DNA of 64,000 bases from Ignavibacteriota bacterium (GTDB taxonomy: Bacteria > Bacteroidota > Ignavibacteria > Palsa-1295): the NCBI GenBank assembly GCA_963787835.1, contig CAWBEI010000002.1, positions 96,001-160,000 on the forward strand. The letters run 5' to 3'. Below, one piece after another: positions 56,960-64,000 of the stretch. The notes below the pieces were generated by a model, which made no database searches, had not been told where the DNA came from, and saw only the letters and a list, made by a program, of their open reading frames with translations. The position numbers were made by a program, and so were the translations under genes. How positions within the stretch are numbered: the first letter of the stretch is position 1; each line of letters opens with the position of its first letter.

Positions 56960-58198
56960 TTATTGACACGCCTGAACGACCATCACCGAAATGCGGCGGT
57001 TCTGCGTGCGTTCTGCTTCGAGGTCCGAAGCCGATACGTCCGTTCGTTCGCGAACGGCTGGACGTGTGTCGCCATAGCCGATCGTGCGGGTGATCTTGTC
57101 CGGACTTACCCCTTGCGCGATCAGCCAGTCATGAATGCGCGTTGCACGACGCTCGGAGAGTTCCTGGTTATGCTCATGAGTCCCTTCCTCGCTTGCATAC
57201 CCTTGAATCTCGACCTTGAGGTTCGGGCATTGATCGACCAAGGCTTTGATGTGGTAGAGATGACCCATATTATTTGGCTCCGCATTGTTGAACTGATCGC
57301 TGTTCACAATAAATAACGTCCCCGGGAAGTTAAATACAGTGTTGATCTTCGGATTCGTCAAATAGACGGTATCAGTCGGGTTCTGAATATACAGCGTATC
57401 GGTGTGATAGATGTTGTTATCCGTGCGGTAGTTATTCGTGTTATAGTTATTTGTTGTGTTTCCCTGGTATGGGGCGGGCGCAACCGGCACATCGGGCGAG
57501 AAGAGAACCACGCTGAACCCGAGACCCATGCTTAGGTATGCATCCTGGCTGTAAGCGGCTGGATTCGAGTAATCGTCAAGCCAATCGGTTCCTGTTAAGT
57601 GTATAAGTCCCTTGCCAACAAAAGCAACCTTGGGAGTAATGTAGTATTCAAAACCTACGCCCAGGACACCGCCAACGACGTTTTTGCTATATGCATTGAT
57701 GGCATTGTTTCTCAACGGGGTCGGAGATCCATCATCCGGTTGGAAGTTGAGTAGCTCTAATCCACCTACGAAATAGGGAACGAACGTTTGCGATGGAAAG
57801 ACGTTGCCTGACAACATAAGATCCCATCCGCCAACGCGAGTTTGGTTTGTTGAGCCGACCGGACCACCATCCGCGCCAGCGTTACCACTGCCTACGCCAG
57901 TTCCGGGGAGTAGATACTCGTTAGCAATGCTTTGTGTGGTGGATTTATAATGCAACACACCGCCATTATAGGCAGCATGAAGCGATAGCCAATCAAGGAT
58001 GTTCCATCGGATGAATGCGTCGCCCTGCAAGGAAAACAGGTCGCCCGTATAATTACCGTAGTATTTATCACCTCCGGCATCGAAGCCGAAGGAAAGACTG
58101 CCAGGGATGACCTGTGCATGAGCCTTGGTGCCCATGAGGCCGAGCACACCGATTACAAGCAGCGCAAAGCTGCGATTCTTTAGATTTAGATTTTTCAC
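56960..58198 (-). CDS. OmpA-family protein (N-terminal beta-barrel plus C-terminal peptidoglycan-binding domain)
   Basis: TGTDWLD barrel motif; IQGYASEEG..NQELSERRA, GYGDTRP, NRRI. Confidence 0.9.
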   Translation of the reverse strand: MKNLNLKNRSFALLVIGVLGLMGTKAHAQVIPGSLSFGFDAGGDKYYGNYTGDLFSLQGDAFIRWNILDWLSLHAAYNGGVLHYKSTTQSIANEYLLPGTGVGSGNAGADGGPVGSTNQTRVGGWDLMLSGNVFPSQTFVPYFVGGLELLNFQPDDGSPTPLRNNAINAYSKNVVGGVLGVGFEYYITPKVAFVGKGLIHLTGTDWLDDYSNPAAYSQDAYLSMGLGFSVVLFSPDVPVAPAPYQGNTTNNYNTNNYRTDNNIYHTDTLYIQNPTDTVYLTNPKINTVFNFPGTLFIVNSDQFNNAEPNNMGHLYHIKALVDQCPNLKVEIQGYASEEGTHEHNQELSERRATRIHDWLIAQGVSPDKITRTIGYGDTRPAVRERTDVSASDLEAERTQNRRISVMVVQACQ

Positions 58199-58301
58199 GA
58201 TTTTTTACTGTTTATGATAAAATGAGTTGAGTGAGCATTGCGCGTTCGAAGACGCAAGTGAAGAACCGACCCTTAGAGGTCTGGCTACTTACAAATAAGG
58301 C

Positions 58302-58433
58302 TTAGTAGAAGACGAATTGATTAGAGTCTGAATGATCGATCATCCAGATAGTTCCAATCCGTTCTGCTCGAACAGGGTCTTGTGAGTAAGGAACAAACAC
58401 CGTCGGCGATGGGCCTTCAATAGTTGTTCTCAT
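58302..58433 (-). CDS. Putative 43-aa small protein MRTTIEGPS...NQFVFY
   Basis: ATG 12 bp downstream of the TAACTTTG element; open to TAA at 58302. Confidence 0.4.
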   Translation of the reverse strand: MRTTIEGPSPTVFVPYSQDPVRAERIGTIWMIDHSDSNQFVFY

Positions 58434-58445
58434 AATTCTCTGATA

Positions 58446-58514
58446 CAAAGTTACGGAAAGGGGCGTTGGAATGTGTTACAAAATTTTAGAAATAAGTTAC
58501 ATAATTCACACATT
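58446..58514 (-). promoter_or_regulatory. Operator/promoter module, copy 1
   Basis: 45-bp aatgtgttacaaaattttagaaataagttacataattcacacatt (58470-58514) plus TAACTTTG on the minus strand (58446-58453). Confidence 0.8.
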
Positions 58515-58515
58515 C

Positions 58516-58575
58516 CGGTCGTTAGTTCGGCGCATGGGTTTCTCCTATCCCCATACGCCGAGGAATAACGATCGT
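58516..58575 (-). terminator. Long imperfect hairpin downstream of the His/Arg-rich ORF
   Basis: cggtcgtta/taacgatcg, tcggcg/cgccga and atggg/cccat stems. Confidence 0.45.
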
Positions 58576-58587
58576 TGGGTGTTATCC

Positions 58588-58791
58588 TTATCGGATATGA
58601 ACCCCCAAGACGACTTTAGCGTGGTGACGACGGCGACGGCGGCGATGATGACGATAATGAGGTGCAACCCTGACGCCTACGCCTACTCGGACTTGGCTTG
58701 CACTTGCGCTCGTAGTCCCAGAAGCGGTGAACTGCACCATTCCGAAGGCTAAAGCACAGAAAACGATCAGCCTGATTGTTAGATGTTTCAT
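58588..58791 (-). CDS. Small secreted His/Arg-rich protein
   Basis: Signal peptide ending ASA, then QVRVGVGVRVAPHYRHHRRRRRRHHAKVVLGVHIR. Confidence 0.65.
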   Translation of the reverse strand: MKHLTIRLIVFCALAFGMVQFTASGTTSASASQVRVGVGVRVAPHYRHHRRRRRRHHAKVVLGVHIR

Positions 58792-58876
58792 TGTGTAGTT
58801 ATGATTTAGATATATAAAGATAATATTTGTATGTGGAAGAATGTTTTCAATGAATTCCTCTCATATTTCTCTGGTA

Positions 58877-58945
58877 CAAACTTACGGATTGAAGACATAA
58901 AATGTGTTACAAAATTTTAGAAATAAGTTACATAATTCACACATT
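58877..58945 (-). promoter_or_regulatory. Operator/promoter module, copy 2
   Basis: Identical 45-mer at 58901-58945 plus TAAGTTTG on the minus strand (58877-58884). Confidence 0.8.
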
Positions 58946-59010
58946 GAAGACCCCGCCGGTAAGGTGGGACCCCATGCCCCACCTCTTGTGAAATACAATA
59001 CAATAAGTTA

Positions 59011-59730
59011 CTATCGTTTTCCGCCGCCCTTGGGCGCTCCGCCGCCTCTCGAAGCACCACCACCTTTAGGGGCTGCGGCAGGCTTCACGTATCCTCTCCC
59101 ATAATTTAAATTCTTGCTCGCAGCCGGCATGGAAGGAGTGATGGACTTCATTGGCACTTCATGTGCTACACGATGATATGTCGCAGGCGCATGATCGTTC
59201 TGGACCGGCCGCTGCATGAACGTCACGCGGTTACTATTCTCATTGAATGCTCGAGGAACGAGCCGGTGACCTGGCGCAGTGTTCGTGACGATCCGGTTGC
59301 GAACGACAATGTCCGTGTAATTATCGTACCCATGCGATGGATAATTTCTGCGATAATACCCCTCGTTCATCCACGGGCGAGAAATATTGCGGTCGATGAG
59401 CACCATAAACGCACCGCCCAGGTCAATACCTGCATATTGAGGTGGCAAGCCCTCGCTGTAGATCCACTCGCCGTTGGGGCCAGCGTACCAGAACTGACCA
59501 TCCCACACGTCATAATACATATCGTAATCGGGAAGGTAATAATAACGCACGGAACTGGTATTGTCGTACGGTGGCGCCCATGATGGCGGTACATAGTTCT
59601 GAACATCGATGGAGGCGCCGATGCGGATCTGAGCCTCGCTTGAGTTTGTATAGAATGCGAGTGCGAATGTGAGCGCCAGAAAAACGGACGTTCTTCGTAA
59701 CCGTAGGGATAGAATAGAATGTATTTTCAT
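59011..59730 (-). CDS. Secreted Tyr/Pro-rich hypothetical protein
   Basis: Signal peptide ending SEA-Q; PPSWAPPY..RYYYLPD.DMYYDV; basic Gly-rich tail. Confidence 0.7.
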   Translation of the reverse strand: MKIHSILSLRLRRTSVFLALTFALAFYTNSSEAQIRIGASIDVQNYVPPSWAPPYDNTSSVRYYYLPDYDMYYDVWDGQFWYAGPNGEWIYSEGLPPQYAGIDLGGAFMVLIDRNISRPWMNEGYYRRNYPSHGYDNYTDIVVRNRIVTNTAPGHRLVPRAFNENSNRVTFMQRPVQNDHAPATYHRVAHEVPMKSITPSMPAASKNLNYGRGYVKPAAAPKGGGASRGGGAPKGGGKR

Positions 59731-59801
59731 AAGTATTATGTATTGTAACTGTTATAATAGCGTTGGGGATATGATTTTTGATTGATTAACGACGTGTTCT
59801 G

Positions 59802-60044
59802 TCAGAAGAATAACTCTGGAATGTTGTCGTCATAATGCTTATCTACAAAGATTTGTCGTTGGGATTCAGATAGTGCAGCATCATCGGATGATGTCGCTGC
59901 ACTCTTTTCAAATTCTGAATCTGTCGGAGGGTTCAAATTACTTGGAAGGTTTCCAAGAATCTCGGATCTGGAATTCCGATGCTGGACCTCGTGATAACCA
60001 AGAAGCTGCATGAGACTGCGATTTCTTGAAGTACTATTTTTCAT
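59802..60044 (-). CDS. Hypothetical protein (80 aa)
   Basis: Co-oriented ORF starting 16 bp downstream of the YtxH stop. Confidence 0.55.
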   Translation of the reverse strand: MKNSTSRNRSLMQLLGYHEVQHRNSRSEILGNLPSNLNPPTDSEFEKSAATSSDDAALSESQRQIFVDKHYDDNIPELFF

Positions 60045-60060
60045 AATTTTCTATATATTA

Positions 60061-60363
60061 TTAATCAATAGAGAAATCGGTCGCCGAACTGATCCTGGAT
60101 TTTATCTCACTTTTCAGCGATTCAAGCTTTTCCGTGAAGGCATCGCTCAGTTGCCCGATACGATCTTCGATTGTTTCGGCTACATCATCAATAACGCCTT
60201 CCCCTTTGCGGCGAATAACTCTCCGCAACACGCTCCCCTTATAGGGAGAATAAAGCATTCCCGCCGCAGCACCGATGGCCGCACCGGCTAAAAGACCGAG
60301 CAGGAGATTTCCACCGCTGTTCATGGAGTTCGAGTTGTGTCCGCAATGTTTGCATTGTTCCAT
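60061..60363 (-). CDS. YtxH domain-containing protein
   Basis: LLGLLAGAAIGAAAGMLYSPYKGS..RR.I. Confidence 0.85.
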   Translation of the reverse strand: MEQCKHCGHNSNSMNSGGNLLLGLLAGAAIGAAAGMLYSPYKGSVLRRVIRRKGEGVIDDVAETIEDRIGQLSDAFTEKLESLKSEIKSRISSATDFSID

Positions 60364-60518
60364 TAGAGCACCCTCCTTCCGCTGATAACTCTCATAATAA
60401 TCGCAATGATCGCGATGACCAGGAGGATGTGGATCAGCGCACCTGCGCCATACACGAGGAACCCGAGTGCCCAGGCAATAATTAGGATTACTGCAACCAA
60501 GTATAATAAACTTCCCAT
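60363..60518 (-). CDS. lmo0937-family small membrane protein (51 aa; below the ORF-track cutoff)
   Basis: MGSLLYLVAVILIIAWALGFLVYGAGALIHILLVIAIIAIIMRVISGRRVL; TAATG coupling to the YtxH gene. Confidence 0.88.
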   Translation of the reverse strand: MGSLLYLVAVILIIAWALGFLVYGAGALIHILLVIAIIAIIMRVISGRRVL

Positions 60519-60561
60519 AATGATTGTTTTAAATAAGTGAATAAAAATGTATTGAAATGGC

Positions 60562-60975
60562 TCATTCGTAGCCGCTTTTGATGACCGTGAGGATCATTTT
60601 GAACCGCTCGTTGGCTCGAAAAATATTGGATTTGTGCGCAGGCAGAACGATACCCTCGCCCGTTTCAAGTAAATTCGATACGCCATCAATGACGATCTCG
60701 GCCTTGCCATCGATGATCTGAGCGAAGCTATCGAACGGTGAGGTTTTTTCCGTCAGGCCTTCACCCGTATCCAGCGACATGACGCTGATATTGCCCGTAG
60801 ATTTCTTGATAATTGTTTTGCTAAGTACTGCATTCGGCACATACTCGATAATTTCCACTATAATTACTCCTTTCGATTTTTCTAATTCATACGAATTTTT
60901 ACTAATGGCCAGGTCTATCATGGGACTACTGACAACTTTTTTGCTTTCTAATTTTATGGGTTCGCTTTTTTTCAT
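60562..60975 (-). CDS. Cupin domain protein
   Basis: SLDTGEGLTEKTSPFD..QIIDGKAEI..G...LPAH..A.ERFKMIL. Confidence 0.85.
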   Translation of the reverse strand: MKKSEPIKLESKKVVSSPMIDLAISKNSYELEKSKGVIIVEIIEYVPNAVLSKTIIKKSTGNISVMSLDTGEGLTEKTSPFDSFAQIIDGKAEIVIDGVSNLLETGEGIVLPAHKSNIFRANERFKMILTVIKSGYE

Positions 60976-60993
60976 TTTAATAGGAGCAATGCA

Positions 60994-61596
60994 TTATTTA
61001 ACGAAGAGCAAATTGTAATTCAAAACCAGCACATCGCCAACCTTCATCGTGCCCAAAAGGAAAGATGGTCGCTGGATATTATAATCTGAGAGATAGAGCG
61101 GCAGCGAGCCGGTGCATAAGATCGTGCCATCCTTATTGATGCACGCCGACGTTTTTAGTGTAGTAGGCTGGGTCACACCAGCCATCGTAAGATTACCATG
61201 AAGTAAGATCAGATAATGCTCGCTTCCACTTTTTATGAACATAGCAGAAGTCAGTTCAAAAACGATGTCCTTGAATTTATCCTCTTTTAGAGCTTTATAA
61301 GCACTCTTTTCCATTCCACGGTCTTCACTCATGAGATTGTGTACCGGCAAATTCAAGGAAAATTCCGAAACCGCACGTAGCTCATTATTCTCGCCGAAGC
61401 TAAATTTCGCAGAACCCGTGAACGCATGAGCAGTCATGCCCCAGTTATGCAACGGAGCAGTTCCTTTGATATTGATGACCGAATTGCTATCGACCGTGTA
61501 ATTCGTTTGAGCATTTGTTGCATGAGGAAATGCAAAGCAAATCGTAAAACCGATGAGGAGGATAACTTTAAGTCTTACGATAGTGTCCGTTTTCAT
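60994..61596 (-). CDS. YceI-family protein
   Basis: Signal peptide; IKGTAPLHNW, LPVHNL, GNLTMAGVT, SDYNIQRPSF. Confidence 0.85.
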   Translation of the reverse strand: MKTDTIVRLKVILLIGFTICFAFPHATNAQTNYTVDSNSVINIKGTAPLHNWGMTAHAFTGSAKFSFGENNELRAVSEFSLNLPVHNLMSEDRGMEKSAYKALKEDKFKDIVFELTSAMFIKSGSEHYLILLHGNLTMAGVTQPTTLKTSACINKDGTILCTGSLPLYLSDYNIQRPSFLLGTMKVGDVLVLNYNLLFVK

Positions 61597-61603
61597 TAGA
61601 TGG

Positions 61604-61672
61604 CAAAAATACGGAGATCATCATCTGAAAGTGTTACAAAATTTTAGAAAAAAGTTACATAATTCACACATT
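61604..61672 (-). promoter_or_regulatory. Operator/promoter module, copy 3
   Basis: aaagtgttacaaaattttagaaaaaagttacataattcacacatt (2 mismatches) plus TATTTTTG on the minus strand (61604-61611), 7 bp from the YceI ATG. Confidence 0.8.
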
Positions 61673-61685
61673 TTTCAAATTACGA

Positions 61686-62459
61686 TCACTTTGGTGACGG
61701 TTCAGGATTCTTCCCATAAATAATGACCTCTGTTTCGACAGGAGTTGTGCGAAACAACTCGTCAGCAGCAAACATCGGAAGCCGGATGCAACCGTGGCTC
61801 CCTGGTATCGAAGGGACGCTGGGTTCGCCGTGTACGGCAAAACCGCCCGTAATGTACATTGGGTCGAACATAATCCCCAGTGGACTTTTTTTCCAGCCCG
61901 TCACTTTGTGATAGATCTTAAATTTCCCGCGCGGCGTCCTGGCATATTCATTACCTTTTCCGGGATAATGGAATCGCTGTCCCGTGCCGGTCGAAACCGG
62001 CAGAACATGTACGACTCGATCGGTCGAATCCACAACGAGCAGGACTTGATCGTCGAGATCGACTTCAAGATGATACGCATGGATAGAATCGTTTGGAACC
62101 GGAATAGATGAGCACATTATTTCCGCGATCGTCGAATCCGTAAGTGTCCCCGTTCGCGATAGGCCGGAAAGCTTCTGAAATGCTACAATTGCCTGACGGT
62201 TTGCATCTTCCTTAGGCGAATAGGTCTTGCCGGCCCAGAAGTGAAGTTCGTAAAGCTGTGCGATAGCATAATCAATCCTCTCGTTTTGCAGAATGTTCGC
62301 AAATTGTCTTGCTACTGTTGACGATGCTGAATCAGCATGCGATGACTGTTGAGCAATCGCAGGATAGCTGCAAAGTACAAAAGAGAGTAAAAGAACATAC
62401 CGCGTAGTTCTCAGCATTAATTCGTGGATATACTGGAAGGAGATTGATGGCAGCATCAT
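61686..62459 (-). CDS. L,D-transpeptidase (YkuD) with peptidoglycan-binding domain
   Basis: AIVAFQK..GL..TG; VSTG, TPRG.F, AVHG, SHGCIRL. Confidence 0.88.
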   Translation of the reverse strand: MMLPSISFQYIHELMLRTTRYVLLLSFVLCSYPAIAQQSSHADSASSTVARQFANILQNERIDYAIAQLYELHFWAGKTYSPKEDANRQAIVAFQKLSGLSRTGTLTDSTIAEIMCSSIPVPNDSIHAYHLEVDLDDQVLLVVDSTDRVVHVLPVSTGTGQRFHYPGKGNEYARTPRGKFKIYHKVTGWKKSPLGIMFDPMYITGGFAVHGEPSVPSIPGSHGCIRLPMFAADELFRTTPVETEVIIYGKNPEPSPK

Positions 62460-62483
62460 GGATGATGTGCATCATGGTTGATG

Positions 62484-62708
62484 CTATGGCGCGACATTTT
62501 CTGGGACAGGCTGGCGCCGCTGACCACGCGGGCCTACCGACAGATCTTCACTCGCGATATAGATCACCATGGCAGTAACCATAAGGACTAAGAATACCCA
62601 AAAGCGCCAATCATGGTGAATGCGTCTCCATCGAGGCCGATGTGCTTCGATGGTGCTGTCGGTGCTTGGCCTTCCGGACTCGTTGTGATGATGTTTCGAA
62701 TTTTTCAT
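62484..62708 (-). CDS. Small single-TM protein
   Basis: HHDWRFWVFLVLMVTAMVIYI hydrophobic segment; co-oriented. Confidence 0.65.
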   Translation of the reverse strand: MKNSKHHHNESGRPSTDSTIEAHRPRWRRIHHDWRFWVFLVLMVTAMVIYIASEDLSVGPRGQRRQPVPENVAP

Positions 62709-62727
62709 TGATTGATCCGATGGAGTT

Positions 62728-63327
62728 TTATTGAACGAAAATCAAACTATATGTCAAGGTAAGAGCATCGCCAACCTTCATCGTGCCAAGCATAAATGAT
62801 GGGCGCTCGATACCATAATTCGAAAGTAATATCGGCACCGTACCGCTGCATGAAATAGAGCCATTCGAATTTACCGTCGCTAATACGATCAATGTGACCG
62901 GTTTCGTGACACCCGCAATCATAAGATTACCCAGCGCAGTTATTTTATACTTGCTTCCACCCGATGAAGTGACCGTAGCGGATGTGAGCCTGAATGTAAT
63001 GTTTGGGTTCCTATCTGCTTTGAGCGATTCATAAGCGTTGGAGTTCATTCCGTCGCTTTCGCTCTTGAGGTTATGGACCGGCAAACTGAGAGAAAGCGCG
63101 CTTATCGAGCTCAGTTGCTTGCTCGATGAAAGGCTCATCGTTGCATTGGCCGTGAACGAATTAGCTGTCATGGTCCAATTGTGCAGGGTCGAGGTCCCTG
63201 CGAGCGTCATTGCCGAATTGGAACCTATTTTATAGCTTGTTTGCGCATTCGATACGTTTGAATATACAATGCAAAGTATAAGAATAACGAGAAGGATCAC
63301 CGCCTGTATTAAATTTCGGTCTTTCAT
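62728..63327 (-). CDS. YceI-family protein (paralog of 60994-61596)
   Basis: LAGTSTLHNW, LPVHNLKSE, GNLMIAGVT, YGIERPSFMLGTMKVGD. Confidence 0.87.
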   Translation of the reverse strand: MKDRNLIQAVILLVILILCIVYSNVSNAQTSYKIGSNSAMTLAGTSTLHNWTMTANSFTANATMSLSSSKQLSSISALSLSLPVHNLKSESDGMNSNAYESLKADRNPNITFRLTSATVTSSGGSKYKITALGNLMIAGVTKPVTLIVLATVNSNGSISCSGTVPILLSNYGIERPSFMLGTMKVGDALTLTYSLIFVQ

Positions 63328-63384
63328 AATTTATTATTAGTTGTAATATTGAAGTGGAGTTTTAATACCTATTGAAATACTATT

Positions 63385-63999
63385 TTAACGTGCGGCATAT
63401 CCGCCATCGATCACTAACTCCGAACCGGTCACGAACTTCGATTCGTCGGAGGCGAGGTAGAGGATCCCGAAGGCAATATCGTCCGGTTCGCCCAAATGAC
63501 CGAGCGGATGCAATGCCACCAATGCCGCGCGGACTTCTTCCGCTTTGCCGTCTGTCTTAGCGAAATTCTCCACCATTGGCGTCCAAATAAATCCCGGATG
63601 CACCGAATTTACCCGAATTTTTTTCTTGGCGTAGGTCAGAGCATCGTTCTTGGTCATGATCATAACAGCTCCTTTTGATGCATGATACGGCGGGACATCT
63701 GCGGCACCCACGAGACCGTAGATCGAGGAAAGATTGATAATGCTGCCACTACCCACCTTCAGCATATATGGGATGGTATGCTTTGTGCAAAAGAACACGC
63801 CTTTGACGTTCACATTCATAACCTTATCCCATTCTTGCTCCGTAAGCTCGTGGGTTGGTTTGTCCACACCGATAATTCCCGCGTTATTCACGAGTACATC
63901 TATTCGTCCCCACTTTGCAGCAATTTCCCCAATTACTTTGGCAACTTGGCTTTCATTCGTGACATCCAAATGCCAAAAGGCCGCTTCACCACCAGCATT
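63385..63999 (-). CDS. Classical SDR oxidoreductase (5' end outside the window)
   Basis: LVNNAG, NLSSIYG, YHASKG (YxxxK), IRVNSVHPG, GSELVIDGG. Confidence 0.93.
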   Translation of the reverse strand, partial: NAGGEAAFWHLDVTNESQVAKVIGEIAAKWGRIDVLVNNAGIIGVDKPTHELTEQEWDKVMNVNVKGVFFCTKHTIPYMLKVGSGSIINLSSIYGLVGAADVPPYHASKGAVMIMTKNDALTYAKKKIRVNSVHPGFIWTPMVENFAKTDGKAEEVRAALVALHPLGHLGEPDDIAFGILYLASDESKFVTGSELVIDGGYAAR

Positions 64000-64000
64000 A

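Noticed and set aside
58470-61672. 45-bp repeats as a CRISPR array
   Set aside because: Spacing is 431 bp and about 2.7 kb with genes between, there are no cas genes, and the fixed distance to a promoter element explains them better.
1-64000. tRNA, rRNA, transposase or prophage genes
   Set aside because: None was recognised by eye; tRNAscan-SE and Infernal would be needed to exclude small RNAs.

Overview
Bacterial chromosomal window, probably FCB group (Kapabacteria/Ignavibacteria-like). This is inferred from a T9SS-type C-terminal domain, TAnnTTTG promoter elements and a DUF4295-like ORF. About 1-49 kb is mostly housekeeping and envelope genes: lspA, rluD, a mutT-mutY-ogg 8-oxoG repair operon behind a LolC/E permease, a TolC/MacA/ABC exporter, a sugar nucleotidyltransferase fusion, lnt, rpsR-rpmB, msbA with four GT9 glycosyltransferases, and a 4-domain S1 protein. 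A DNA methyltransferase-endonuclease fusion and a split SIR2-like gene interrupt this stretch. From about 49.2 kb to the end, every credible gene is on the minus strand and the block looks like an accessory stress/envelope island. It contains (i) a histidine kinase with no recognisable sensor domain, built on 18 tandem 21-aa coiled-coil repeats and co-encoded with a single-domain receiver and a membrane protein with exact 61-aa repeats; (ii) three copies of a 45-bp direct-repeat operator linked to a TAnnTTTG promoter; (iii) two tandem-duplicated 22-23 aa peptides separated by decayed copies of an OMP gene's 3' end. No rRNA, tRNA, CRISPR array, integrase or transposase was recognised. All product calls come from reading motifs by eye, not from database searches.
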